The notes under the pieces were generated by a model. It was not told the origin of the DNA and made no database searches. It saw only the letters and a list, made by a program, of their open reading frames with translations. From the NCBI GenBank assembly GCA_964419785.1, contig CAYQRM010000136.1, forward strand, positions 5,305-69,304: a stretch of 64,000 bases of DNA. The letters run 5' to 3'. The DNA comes from an uncultured Solibacteraceae bacterium. GTDB lineage: Bacteria > Acidobacteriota > Vicinamibacteria > Vicinamibacterales > SCN-69-37. This document shows positions 1-9,941 of the stretch, piece by piece. The translations under genes and the position numbers were made by a program. Each line of letters opens with the position of its first letter. Position 1 is the stretch's first letter.

Positions 1-1858
1 AGTCGTCGACGCGGCGACAAGTCAACCGATCGCGGGCGCCATCGTCGTGACGAACGTTCGCGCGAACGCGGCGGGGCGTCGGGGCGGAGGTCCGGGCGCG
101 GCGGGTCCGCCCATCCAGCCCATCCGGCTCGTCACCGGTGCCGACGGCCGCTTCGTCCTGCGCGATCTGCCGAAGATGAGCGTCGCGATCACCGCGGCGG
201 CCAACGGTTATGTCAATGGCGGCGCAGGGCAGTCCCGGCCCGGCGGCGCTGCCGAGAACATCGACGTTGGCGACGGCGAGAAGATCGCCGACGTTCGCAT
301 CCTGCTGTGGAAGACGGCTGTCATCACCGGCACTGTCACCGATGATTCCGGCGAGCCCGTCGTGGGCGCGCAGGTCCGTGCGTCTCGACGCGTCGCCGTT
401 GCCGGACGCACGCGCTACAACTATGGCGCTTCCGCGACGACCGACGACCGCGGCGCGTTTCGCCTCTCCGGCCTTCCGCCCGGAGATTACGTCGTCGTCG
501 TCCCTGAGACGCAGCAGACGGTGCCGACGGCAATGTTGGACGCAGCGCTGCAGAGCGTGTCGAGTGGCACGCCGGCCGGCGCTGCGATGATGGATTTATT
601 CACCAGCGGTGCAATGGTGTTCAACGGAGGCGCCGGTAACTCGCCGCTGACCGGCGTGCGGGTGGATGACCTGATGTTCTCGACGACCAGCGGCGGCGCG
701 ACCGTGACGGCCGATGGCCGCATCCTCACGAATCCAACCGTGTACTACGCGTCAGCGTCGTCGCTCGGTCAGGCAACGGTGATCACGGTCAAGTCTGGCG
801 AAGTGCGATCGGGGATCGATTTGCCGCTGCACCTGGTGCCAACCGCGCGGATATCTGGCTTGCTGACCGCGGCCGGCGCGCCAGTCGGCGGCGTGGCGGT
901 GCGGTTGATGCCGAGCCTTCCGGACAACGGATTTGCCGGCGACGAAGTTCAGGTGGCGGCAACGTCGACGCGCCCGGACGGGACGTTCACGTTTCTTGGC
1001 GTGCCGCCCGGACAGTATTTCGTCGACGCCGTGCGGCGGCCGCGGCCCCAGATTCCTCCAGAGCTCGCGTCCAACCCAATGGTGCAGATGGCCTTCGGCG
1101 GCGGCGGAGGTGGGAGCGAGGCGCTTTACGGTGCGACGACCGTCAGCACCGACGGGCGCGATGTGTCGGACCTCGCGGTCGTCCTCACCGGCGGTGTGAC
1201 GATCAGCGGGCGCTTCGTCTTCGACGGCACGGCGACGCGGCCGGCGCCCCAGCAGATGCAGAACCTCGCAATTTCGCTGCAGTCGATCGACGGCCGGACG
1301 AATGGCCAGATGGCATTTGGGGGTTCCGGTCCACGCGTGCCGGTGGACGCCAATGGCGCTTTCAAGACGATTCCCTATCCAGCGGGCAAGTACCTCGTTA
1401 CCGCGCCGGCCGCAGGCTCGGGGTGGATTGTGCAATCGATGCTCGTGGGCGGACACGATCTGGTGCGCGAGCCACTAGAGCTGAAGGGCGAAGACATTAC
1501 CGATCTCGTCGTGACGTACACGGACAAGGTTGGACAGGTTGCAGGGACGGTGCGCGCGCCGGCCGGTTCGACGCTCAAGCCGGCGACGGTCTTTCTCTTT
1601 CCGGCGGACTACCCGGATCGTATTGCCCTAGCGGACGCTCGGTTGTTTCGCAACGCACCAGCCTCGAAAGATGGCAGCTACACCTTCGGCGGGCTTCCCG
1701 CGGGCGACTACTACGTCGCCGCCATGACCGCTGACGATGCGCCAGACAATCGCGATGCCGAATTTTTCACCGCACTCTCGCGCGGCGCCACTCATGTGAC
1801 GCTGACCGACGGCGAGCGGAAAACGCTCGACCTGCAGATCGTGAGAGTGACGAAATGA
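1..1858 (+). CDS. Carboxypeptidase regulatory-like domain repeat protein (CarboxypepD_reg, PF13620-like), 5' truncated by window edge
   Basis: Frame is open from position 2 (VVDAATSQPIAGAIV). Repeated ITGTVTDDSGEPVVGAQV / TDDRGAFRLSGLPPGDY / ISGLLT..G.PV.G modules. Confidence 0.85.
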   Translation, partial: VVDAATSQPIAGAIVVTNVRANAAGRRGGGPGAAGPPIQPIRLVTGADGRFVLRDLPKMSVAITAAANGYVNGGAGQSRPGGAAENIDVGDGEKIADVRILLWKTAVITGTVTDDSGEPVVGAQVRASRRVAVAGRTRYNYGASATTDDRGAFRLSGLPPGDYVVVVPETQQTVPTAMLDAALQSVSSGTPAGAAMMDLFTSGAMVFNGGAGNSPLTGVRVDDLMFSTTSGGATVTADGRILTNPTVYYASASSLGQATVITVKSGEVRSGIDLPLHLVPTARISGLLTAAGAPVGGVAVRLMPSLPDNGFAGDEVQVAATSTRPDGTFTFLGVPPGQYFVDAVRRPRPQIPPELASNPMVQMAFGGGGGGSEALYGATTVSTDGRDVSDLAVVLTGGVTISGRFVFDGTATRPAPQQMQNLAISLQSIDGRTNGQMAFGGSGPRVPVDANGAFKTIPYPAGKYLVTAPAAGSGWIVQSMLVGGHDLVREPLELKGEDITDLVVTYTDKVGQVAGTVRAPAGSTLKPATVFLFPADYPDRIALADARLFRNAPASKDGSYTFGGLPAGDYYVAAMTADDAPDNRDAEFFTALSRGATHVTLTDGERKTLDLQIVRVTK

Positions 1859-3756
1859 GGGGCCGACTCGCGCGGCTCTCGCTCGCCTTCGTCGCAATGT
1901 TTATGCTCGGCCTCGCTTCGTCGGCCGCCGCGCAGAGCACTCCTCCTCGCGATACAAACGCGCCTCGGGTCGGCACCGCGATCCTCTCCGGCGTCGTCCT
2001 CACCGATGAAACCTCGCCGCGACCGCTGCACCGCGCCACGGTCGTCCTGTCGTCGGGCGAGGCTCGCTTTCCGCAATCGACGATGACGGATGAGGCGGGA
2101 CGGTTTGCGTTTACGCGACTCGCGGCGGGCAATTACTCGATTGTGAGCACGAAGCCCGGCTACGTCGCGGCGTATTACGGCGCGAAGCAAGCGGGCCGCG
2201 GACCCGGCGTGCCGATCGCGGTGCTCGACGGACAGCAGGTCGCCGACGTCACGATGAGGATGATGCACGGCGGTGTGATTTCCGGAACGATCACGACGCA
2301 GTCTGGCCGGCCCGCGGAGAACATCAACGTCATGGTCTATCGCGTCGACAACATCGGCGGCGCGCGGCGGCTGTCGCTGACGACGGTGAGCGTAAACACG
2401 GACGATCGCGGGATGTATCGAGCGTTCGGTCTTGCGCCCGGCGACTACGTTGTGCAGATCGGCGGGACACTCGCATCGTTTGCGTTGAATGGTGAAGCGC
2501 GGCTGGTCACATCTGCGGAACTTCGGTGGGCGGATCAGGTCAGCGGTGCCGCAGCGATCTCGCCTCCACCGCCCGGACAAACCGTCTCGTACTCGTCCAT
2601 GTACTTTCCGGGCACGCCTGATGTGTCGTCCGCATCCATCCTCACCCTTGGTCCGGCTGAGGAGCGCGATGGCGTCGACTTCTCGCTGGCGCTGGTGCCG
2701 ACAGCGCGCTTGTCCGGCCAGGTCCTCGACGCCGACGGCCGTCCGTTTCCCGGCGCGCAGATCACGGTCGCTCCCGCGGGCCCGGCGCAGGACCTGATGA
2801 CGATGCTGAGCGGATTCCGGACGATGAGCCGGTCGATGCCCGACGGGAATTTTGCTGTGACGGGCGTCACGCCTGGACCGTACACGATCAGCGTTCGCGC
2901 AACTCCACCCTCCGCCGGCCGCGGCGGATCGCCAGATGCCGCGATGATGGCCGCTGCTCGCATGCTCGGCGGTGTGGGGGGCAATGCTCCATCGTTGTGG
3001 GCGAACGCCGACGTCACCGTCGACGGGCGCGACATGTCCGACATCATCTTGCGTCTGCAACCCGGCATGACGGTGACGGGCAAGCTCGTGTTCGAGTCTT
3101 CATCCACGCCGCCGCCAGACGCGACGCGCGCGCGCGTCGCGTTGATGTCGCCGCCGACGGGATCATCGGCGATCGAATTGACGGCGTCGATGCTCACCGG
3201 CACGATGCAGGCGACAATCGCGCCCGACGGCACGTTGACGGTGCTCGGCGTCGCCCCGGGCAAGTATCGTGTGACGACGGGCGGGCTGGCGATGTTGATG
3301 GGTCAGAACGCCGTCGCTGCGGGCTGGACGATGAAGTCGGCGATGCTCGGCGGGAAGGACGTCGCCGACGCTCCGTTCGAAGTGCGTCCGAACGAGGACG
3401 TCACCGATCTCGTCGTGACCGTGACGGATCATCCGAGCGAGCTGTCGGGCACGGTGAAGGACCGCGCCGGCCGGCCGGCGCCAGGATTTCCGATCGTGGT
3501 CTTTTCGACGGACCGCGCGTACTGGACGGTGGGATCGCGTCGCGTCCAGCAGGCCCGACCGTCGAGCGACGGTCGGTACAAGATGACCGGGCTGCCCGGC
3601 GGCGAGTACTACGTGTGCGCGCTCACCGATTTGGATCAGAATCAGCTCTACGATCCGGCGTTTCTCGAATCACTCGTGTCGGGATCGTTCAAGATCGCGT
3701 TGACCGACGGCGAGAAGAAGACGCAGGACCTCACGCTCGCGTCCGGCGGGACATGA
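1855..3756 (+). CDS. Secreted carboxypeptidase regulatory-like domain repeat protein (paralog of the upstream gene)
   Basis: Signal peptide ending SSAAA|Q; four modules such as TDEAGRFAFTRLAAGNY, TDDRGMYRAFGLAPGDY, SSDGRYKMTGLPGGEY; 4-bp overlap with upstream stop. Confidence 0.85.
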   Translation: MRGRLARLSLAFVAMFMLGLASSAAAQSTPPRDTNAPRVGTAILSGVVLTDETSPRPLHRATVVLSSGEARFPQSTMTDEAGRFAFTRLAAGNYSIVSTKPGYVAAYYGAKQAGRGPGVPIAVLDGQQVADVTMRMMHGGVISGTITTQSGRPAENINVMVYRVDNIGGARRLSLTTVSVNTDDRGMYRAFGLAPGDYVVQIGGTLASFALNGEARLVTSAELRWADQVSGAAAISPPPPGQTVSYSSMYFPGTPDVSSASILTLGPAEERDGVDFSLALVPTARLSGQVLDADGRPFPGAQITVAPAGPAQDLMTMLSGFRTMSRSMPDGNFAVTGVTPGPYTISVRATPPSAGRGGSPDAAMMAAARMLGGVGGNAPSLWANADVTVDGRDMSDIILRLQPGMTVTGKLVFESSSTPPPDATRARVALMSPPTGSSAIELTASMLTGTMQATIAPDGTLTVLGVAPGKYRVTTGGLAMLMGQNAVAAGWTMKSAMLGGKDVADAPFEVRPNEDVTDLVVTVTDHPSELSGTVKDRAGRPAPGFPIVVFSTDRAYWTVGSRRVQQARPSSDGRYKMTGLPGGEYYVCALTDLDQNQLYDPAFLESLVSGSFKIALTDGEKKTQDLTLASGGT

Positions 3757-3816
3757 AGGTCATGAAGGTCGCGAAGCACATGCAGGTCGGAGAGGAGCGA
3801 TCGCGGGTCCTTCATG
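3752..3816. repeat. Short 9-mer (CATGAAGGT) array with an inverted CCTTCATG copy; remnant of the element family at 9237/9942
   Basis: catgaaggt catgaaggt cgcgaagca catgcaggt ... ccttcatg, read directly. Confidence 0.6.
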
Positions 3817-3832
3817 TAAGCTTTTCGTCTAA

Positions 3833-4618
3833 TTGATGCGAATCGCGCGGCTTGGCAGCATCGCGCTCGTCGCGCTCGTGACGATGAGAATTCCTGCGCT
3901 CAATGCGCGCGTGCAGAACATGCCCGCCGTCTACGGCTACGAGGTCGTGCATACCTACCCGCACGATCCGGGCGCGTTCACGCAGGGACTGGTCTTCGTC
4001 GACGGCGTGCTCTACGAGAGCACCGGCCTTAACGGCCACTCGAGTCTGCGCAAGGTCAAGCTCGAAACCGGCGAGGTGTTGCAGCGACGCGAGGTCGACG
4101 CGCAGTACTTCGCGGAGGGCCTCACCGAGTGGCGGGGCACGCTGATTCAGATCACGTGGCAGACGCACGTCGGCTTCGTCTACGACCTCGCGACGTTCGC
4201 GCCGAAGCGCACGTTCAACTACACGGGCGAAGGTTGGGGCCTCACGCATGACCGCACGCGACTCATCATGAGCGACGGCACGTCGTCGCTGCGCTTTCTC
4301 GATCCAGTGACGCTCGCCGAGACGGGACGCGTGACGGTTACCGATCGCGGCCAGCCCGTCACGCGACTCAACGAGCTCGAGGTCGTCAACGACGAGATCT
4401 TCGCCAACGTCTGGGGCACCGATTCGGTTGTCCGCATCGCACCAGCCACCGGCCGGGTCACAGGCTGGATCGATTTCACCGGTCTCTTGCCGAGCGCCGA
4501 TCGCACGCCCTCGACCGACGTCTTGAACGGCATCGCGTATGACGCGAAAGGCGATCGCTTGTTCGTCACCGGCAAGCAGTGGCCCAAACTGTTCGAAGTT
4601 CGGTTGATTAGGAAGTAG
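3833..4618 (+). CDS. Glutaminyl-peptide cyclotransferase (type I QC, Glu_cyclase_2 family)
   Basis: YPHDPGAFTQGL, LYESTG, FAEGL, QITW, GEGWGL, LNELE, VLNGIAYD, TGKQWP motifs; N-terminal hydrophobic segment. Confidence 0.92.
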   Translation: MMRIARLGSIALVALVTMRIPALNARVQNMPAVYGYEVVHTYPHDPGAFTQGLVFVDGVLYESTGLNGHSSLRKVKLETGEVLQRREVDAQYFAEGLTEWRGTLIQITWQTHVGFVYDLATFAPKRTFNYTGEGWGLTHDRTRLIMSDGTSSLRFLDPVTLAETGRVTVTDRGQPVTRLNELEVVNDEIFANVWGTDSVVRIAPATGRVTGWIDFTGLLPSADRTPSTDVLNGIAYDAKGDRLFVTGKQWPKLFEVRLIRK

Positions 4619-4667
4619 AACGCCCCCAAAGACCGATTGTGAAAATCGTGGTCAAATCAGCCGCGAC

Positions 4668-6029
4668 ATGACCTCTCCGCTCACGCGCCGCTTCGGCCTC
4701 GTCGAAGCCACGGCGCTCAACATGATCAACATGATCGGGATCGGTCCGTTCATCACGATCCCGTTGCTCATGACGGCCTTGGGCGGACCGCAGGCAATGC
4801 TCGGCTGGATCGTTGCGCTCATCATCGTCATCACCGATGGCATGGTGTGGAGCGAGCTCGGCGCGGCGTTGCCGGGATCGGGCGGATCGTTCGGCTATCT
4901 GCGCGAGGCGTTCGGGCCGGAGTCGCTCGGACGTCTGATGGCGTTTCTGTTCGTCTGGCAGTTCGTGCTGAGCGGGCCGCTCGAGATCGCGTCCGGCTAC
5001 ATCGGCTTCGCGAAGTATCTGTCCTACCTCTGGGCGGGGTCGACGACGACGCGGGTGTTCTTCGTGGCGGCGGCGGTCGGCCTCGTCAACATCGTCTTGC
5101 TCTATCGACGTGTGACCTCAGTCGCGAAGCTCACCGTCGCGCTCTGGGCCGGCGTGCTGTTGGCGACCCTGTCGGTGATCGTGACGGGCGCGTCGCATTT
5201 CGATCCGAAGGTCGCGTTCGATTTCCCGCCTGGCGCGTTCCGCTTCTCACTCGGGTTTCTCGTCGGTCTCGGCGCCGCGACGCGCATCGGCGTGTACGAC
5301 TACCTTGGCTACTACGACGTCTGCTACGTCGGCGACGAGGTGAAAGACCCCGGCCGCGTGATTCCGCGATCGATTCTCATCAGCACGGTCGCGGTCGCCG
5401 TGATCTATGTCGCGATGAATCTGTCGATCGTCGGCGTCGTACCGTGGCGCGAATTCGTGCCCGCTGACGCCCATCCTGGCTCCGACTTCGTCGTGTCGCT
5501 CTTCATGGAGCGCACGTCTGGACCTGCGGTGGCCCGCGCGTTCACGGTGCTGGTGCTGTGGACGGCGTTCGCGTCCGTCTTTGCGCTGCTCTTCGGCTAC
5601 TCGCGCATTCCGTACGCGGCCGCGCGCGACGGCTACTTCTTTCGCACGTTCGCTCGGCTCCATCCGACTGGCGGATTCCCGGCCGTGTCGCTCGTCGTGC
5701 TCGGCGTGATGTCGATTCTGGCAAGCGCGCTCTCGCTCGATACGGTCATCGAGACGCTCATCGCGACGCGAATTCTCGTGCAGTTTGTCGGGCAGATCGG
5801 CGGATTGATCCTGCTGCGTCGCCGGCGGCCTGACCTCCCGCGCCCGTACCGCATGTGGTGGTATCCGATTCCGGCGCTCATCGCGCTTGCCGGCTGGATC
5901 TTCATCTTCGCCACGACGGGCGCCTTCGTCATCGGGTTCAGCCTGGTCCTTCTGGCCGTCGGCGTCGCCAGTTTTCTGGTATGGTCCCGACGACTGCAGC
6001 AATGGCCATTCGCCCGGAAGCCCGCCTGA
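4668..6029 (+). CDS. APC-family amino acid/amine permease
   Basis: NMIGIGPF, ELGAALPGSGG, EVKDPGRVIPRSI, SRIPYAAARDG motifs; about 12 hydrophobic segments. Confidence 0.9.
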   Translation: MTSPLTRRFGLVEATALNMINMIGIGPFITIPLLMTALGGPQAMLGWIVALIIVITDGMVWSELGAALPGSGGSFGYLREAFGPESLGRLMAFLFVWQFVLSGPLEIASGYIGFAKYLSYLWAGSTTTRVFFVAAAVGLVNIVLLYRRVTSVAKLTVALWAGVLLATLSVIVTGASHFDPKVAFDFPPGAFRFSLGFLVGLGAATRIGVYDYLGYYDVCYVGDEVKDPGRVIPRSILISTVAVAVIYVAMNLSIVGVVPWREFVPADAHPGSDFVVSLFMERTSGPAVARAFTVLVLWTAFASVFALLFGYSRIPYAAARDGYFFRTFARLHPTGGFPAVSLVVLGVMSILASALSLDTVIETLIATRILVQFVGQIGGLILLRRRRPDLPRPYRMWWYPIPALIALAGWIFIFATTGAFVIGFSLVLLAVGVASFLVWSRRLQQWPFARKPA

Positions 6030-8641
6030 CCGGTACGGCCGCCTGGATCGGCCTGGCGCTCACGCTCGTCTTCGTCTCGACGGCTGGCGCGCAGCCAGCT
6101 GCGCAAATGCTTGCGCGCGACTGGCGCCTTCAGTCGTCCGCGCAGATTCATGACACCGGCGCGACGATCTCCACCACCGCCTACAAATCCACCGGCTGGT
6201 ACCCGACGGCGGTGCCCGCGACGGTGCTGGCGGCGCTCGTCGCCAACAAGGTGTATTCCGATCCGTACTTCGGGATGAACCTGCGCGCGATTCCCGGCAC
6301 GTCGTATCCGATCGGCCGCAATTTCTCCGCCCTGCCGATGCCCGACGACAGTCCATTTCGCGTGTCGTGGTGGTACCGCACCGAGTTCAGTTTGACGAGC
6401 AACGCCTCAGGCTCGCACGTCGCGCTGCACTTCGACGGTCTCAACTATCGCGCGAACGTGTGGCTCAACGGCCGGCAGATTGGACGCGCGACCGACATCG
6501 CCGGGATGTACCGCCTGTTCGAGCTCGACATCACCGACACCGTCCGGCGCGACGGACCGAACGCCCTCGCGGTCGAAATCTTTCCTCCCGAGCCGAGCGA
6601 CCTCGCCTGGACGTGGGTCGACTGGAATCCGGCGCCGCCGGACAAGAACATGGGCCTCTGGCGGCCGGTGTCGGTGACGACGAGCGGAGACGTGATGCTG
6701 CGGAGGCCGCACGTGGTGTCGAATGTCGCGGCGTCGCGCGCGAGCGCCGACGTGACGATCTCCGCCGAGCTCACGAATCTCGCGAACGAGTCGCGGCTGG
6801 CGCGACTGAGCGGCACGCTGGGCACGGTCGCGTTCGATCAGGCGATCACGCTCAACGCGCACGAAACGCGCGTGGTCAGCTTCTCGCCGGCGATTTATCC
6901 GGCGCTGCGCGTGCAAGGCGCGAAGTTGTGGTGGCCGATCGGCATGGGCGCGCCGAACCGGTACGACCTCACGCTCGACGCGAGCGTCGGCGGCAAGCTG
7001 TCGGACCGCGCGTCCATGAAAATCGGCATCCGCGAGATTACCTCCGAGCTCACGCCGACTGGCGGACGTCTGTTCAAGGTCAACGGCCGGCCGATTCTCA
7101 TTCGCGGCGGCGGCTGGGCGCCGGACATGCTGCTGCGACCGGATCCCGATCGGCAGGACGCCGAGCTGCGCTACGTCCGCGAGATGGGGCTCAACACGAT
7201 TCGGCTCGAGGGCAAGCTCGAGGACGACCGGTTTTTTGATCGCGCCGACGAGTCGGGGATCCTCGTGCTCGCTGGCTGGTGCTGCTGCGATCGATGGGAG
7301 CAATGGTCGCAGTGGAGTGATGACACACACGCGATTGCCGCCGCATCGCAGACGGATCAGATCTGCCGGCTGCGCGCGCATCCGAGCATGCTCGCCTGGA
7401 TGAACGGCAGCGACAATCCGCCGCCGCCCGACGTCGAGCGCGTGTACGTCGGCATCCTCAATCGCCTGCACTGGCCGAATCCGTTCGTCTCGTCAGCGAC
7501 CGCCAAGAAGACCACCGTGACGGGTGATTCCGGCGTGAAGATGAACGGCCCCTACGACTGGGTGCCGCCGAACTACTGGCTCGAGGACGACTCGCGCGGC
7601 GGCGCGCACGGGTTCGCGACCGAGATCAGTCCTGGCGCGGCCGTGCCGCCGGTCGAATCGCTCAAACGCATGCTCCCGGCTGATCACCTCTGGCCGATTG
7701 ACGATGTCTGGAACTACCACGCGGGCGGGGGACAATTTCGCACGATTCAAACGTTCACCGACGCGCTGACGAAGCGGTACGGCGCGCCGTCGGGCATCGA
7801 CGACTACGCGATGAAAGCGCAGGTGCTCTCGTACGAAGGCGAGCGCGCGATGTTCGAGGGCTACGCGCGCAACAAGTTTACGTCGACCGGTGTCATCCAG
7901 TGGATGCTCAACAACGCGTGGCCGTCGATGATTTGGCACCTCTACGATTACTACCTGCGGCCCGGCGGCGGCTACTTCGGCACCAAGAAAGCCTGCGAGC
8001 TGGTGCACGTGCAGTACTCGTACGACGATCGGTCGATCGTTGTCGTCAACAACACGGCCGCGCCGGTCGCGGGCGTCGTCCTGATTCACGTTGTGAATCT
8101 CGATGGCGCCGTGCAGCAGTCGCGCACCGTCGACGTCAGCGCTCCGCCCGACTCGAGCACGCGCGTGTTCACGCTCGATCCGCCGGCGATGCCGGTGTAC
8201 TTCTTGGATCTTCGTCTCAACGCGCCTGGCGGCCAGCCGATCAGCACGAACTTCTACTGGCTCGCGGCAAGAATGGACGAGCTCGACTGGGCCAAATCGA
8301 CCTGGTACGGCACGCCCGTCAGAAGTTACGCGGACATGACGTCGCTCAAAGATCTTCGACAGACGACGGTCACCGCCACGGTCACCCATCGTCGTCGTGC
8401 TGGCGCGGGAGAAGGCGAGACGCACGTCGCGCTCGCGAATACCGGACCGTCGATCGCGTTCTTCGTTCGTCTGCAGGTCACGAAAGGGTCGGGCGGCGAC
8501 GAGATCCTGCCGGCATTCTGGCAGGACAACTATGTCAGCCTGATGCCCGGAGAGAAGCGGGATATCGCAGTCACGTACCGGCTCGCGGATCTTGGCAGCG
8601 CGCAGCCGGCGGTCAAGATCAGCGGCTGGAACGTCCACTAG
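6002..8641 (+). CDS. csxA: Secreted GH2 exo-beta-D-glucosaminidase (CsxA-like)
   Basis: HFDGLNYRANVWLNG, IRGGGW, GLNTIRLEGK, GWCCCDRWE, NGSD (Asp acid/base), FATE (nucleophile), QWMLNNAWPS. Start moved to ATG 6002 (signal peptide ..STAGA|Q). Confidence 0.85.
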   Translation: MAIRPEARLTGTAAWIGLALTLVFVSTAGAQPAAQMLARDWRLQSSAQIHDTGATISTTAYKSTGWYPTAVPATVLAALVANKVYSDPYFGMNLRAIPGTSYPIGRNFSALPMPDDSPFRVSWWYRTEFSLTSNASGSHVALHFDGLNYRANVWLNGRQIGRATDIAGMYRLFELDITDTVRRDGPNALAVEIFPPEPSDLAWTWVDWNPAPPDKNMGLWRPVSVTTSGDVMLRRPHVVSNVAASRASADVTISAELTNLANESRLARLSGTLGTVAFDQAITLNAHETRVVSFSPAIYPALRVQGAKLWWPIGMGAPNRYDLTLDASVGGKLSDRASMKIGIREITSELTPTGGRLFKVNGRPILIRGGGWAPDMLLRPDPDRQDAELRYVREMGLNTIRLEGKLEDDRFFDRADESGILVLAGWCCCDRWEQWSQWSDDTHAIAAASQTDQICRLRAHPSMLAWMNGSDNPPPPDVERVYVGILNRLHWPNPFVSSATAKKTTVTGDSGVKMNGPYDWVPPNYWLEDDSRGGAHGFATEISPGAAVPPVESLKRMLPADHLWPIDDVWNYHAGGGQFRTIQTFTDALTKRYGAPSGIDDYAMKAQVLSYEGERAMFEGYARNKFTSTGVIQWMLNNAWPSMIWHLYDYYLRPGGGYFGTKKACELVHVQYSYDDRSIVVVNNTAAPVAGVVLIHVVNLDGAVQQSRTVDVSAPPDSSTRVFTLDPPAMPVYFLDLRLNAPGGQPISTNFYWLAARMDELDWAKSTWYGTPVRSYADMTSLKDLRQTTVTATVTHRRRAGAGEGETHVALANTGPSIAFFVRLQVTKGSGGDEILPAFWQDNYVSLMPGEKRDIAVTYRLADLGSAQPAVKISGWNVH

Positions 8642-8674
8642 TCATTTCGATCGAGTCTATCGAGGAGGTCGCTC

Positions 8675-9235
8675 ATGGTGAGCTTGTCAGCGCTCTGGTT
8701 GCCCGTCCTGCTCTCGGCCGTCATCGTGTTCGTCGCGAGCTCGATCATTCACATGGTGCTCAGCTATCACAAGAACGACGTCAAGAAGGTTCCGCGCGAG
8801 GAGGACGTGATGGGCGCGCTGCGGCCGTTCAACCTTCCGCCGGGCGACTACGCGATGCCACGGCCCGCGTCGATGAAGGACATGGGCACTCCGGCGTTCA
8901 AAGAAAGAATGACGAAGGGGCCGGTCGTGTTCATGACGGTATTGCCGTCAGGGCCGTTCGAGACAGGCAAGCAACTTGGACAGTGGTTCGTGTACTTGAT
9001 CGTGATCAGTGTCTTCGCCGCGTACGTCGCCTCGCGCGCGCTGCCCGCCGGGTCGGACTATCTGGCCGTCTTCCGGTTCGCAGGGACGACCGCGTTCATC
9101 GGGTACGCGATGGCGATGCCCCAACAGTCGATTTGGTATCGCCGCAACTGGGGCACGACGCTGCTCTTGATGTTCGACGGGCTGCTGTTCGGGTTGCTGA
9201 CTGGCGGAACGTTCGGGTGGCTGTGGCCGCGGTAG
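8675..9235 (+). CDS. Conserved hypothetical membrane protein
   Basis: GAGGAGG RBS upstream; four hydrophobic segments; gene-like composition. Confidence 0.75.
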   Translation: MVSLSALWLPVLLSAVIVFVASSIIHMVLSYHKNDVKKVPREEDVMGALRPFNLPPGDYAMPRPASMKDMGTPAFKERMTKGPVVFMTVLPSGPFETGKQLGQWFVYLIVISVFAAYVASRALPAGSDYLAVFRFAGTTAFIGYAMAMPQQSIWYRRNWGTTLLLMFDGLLFGLLTGGTFGWLWPR

Positions 9236-9236
9236 G

Positions 9237-9469
9237 CATGAAGGACGTGAAGGGAATGAAGGACATGTAGTAAGAGAACCGCCCATCGATCTGACTGGCC
9301 GCCGGAGGCGGCCCAGGCGATTGGGCGAGGACACCTGGGAGCAAGAGCCAATAAACTGCCACGAGGCTCTTGTTCCCAGGTGCCCTCGCCCAATCGCGCC
9401 CGGCAAAGCCGGGTCGTCAGATCGATGGGCGGTTCCTTCATGAACTTCATTTCCTTCACGATCTTCATG
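9237..9469. repeat. 233-bp branched palindrome, copy 1 (REP/MITE-like)
   Basis: Terminal 9-mer arms catgaaggacgtgaagggaatgaag / cttcatttccttcacgatcttcatg; basal stem gaaccgcccatcgatctgac / gtcagatcgatgggcggttc; side hairpins ggccgcc-gga-ggcggcc and cccggc-aaa-gccggg; apical stem with loop aataaactgccacga. Confidence 0.9.
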
Positions 9470-9478
9470 CATCCCTGA

Positions 9479-9940
9479 TTGCAGTATCTGCACACCCTCG
9501 CCCATCCCTCCGTGCAATCGCCGCAATTCCGCACGGCGCGCCGCTTGCAGACGCGTTTCGACGTGCCGCTGATCGTCAGTCCCGTCGTGCAACGAATCAT
9601 CGGAGCCGCGATTACGGTTCATCGCGCTCTTGGGCCCGGGTTGTTCGAGTCGGTCTACGACCGCTGTCTGGAGTACGAGTTGCACAAGCAGGGCTTGACG
9701 ATGGCGCGTCAGGTGGCGCTTCCGCTCATTTACGACGGCCTTTCGATACCGTGTGCATATCGCGCTGACTTCGTCGTGCAGAACGAGGTGCTCATCGAGA
9801 TCAAGGCCGTCGATCGGCTGCTGCCGGTGCACGACACGCAAGTCCTCACGTACTTGCGGTTGTCCGGCGTTCGGCAGGGACTGCTCTTGAACTTCAACGT
9901 GCCGCGGCTGGTGGACGGGATCAGGAGCTTCCTTATGTAG
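9479..9940 (+). CDS. GxxExxY protein (PD-(D/E)XK superfamily, PDDEXK_3-like); true start may be the GTG before PLIVSP
   Basis: HRALGPGLFESVY (GxxExxY), YRADFVV..EVLIEIKAV (D..ExK), QVLTYLRLSG..GLLLNF. Confidence 0.92.
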   Translation: MQYLHTLAHPSVQSPQFRTARRLQTRFDVPLIVSPVVQRIIGAAITVHRALGPGLFESVYDRCLEYELHKQGLTMARQVALPLIYDGLSIPCAYRADFVVQNEVLIEIKAVDRLLPVHDTQVLTYLRLSGVRQGLLLNFNVPRLVDGIRSFLM

Positions 9941-9941
9941 A

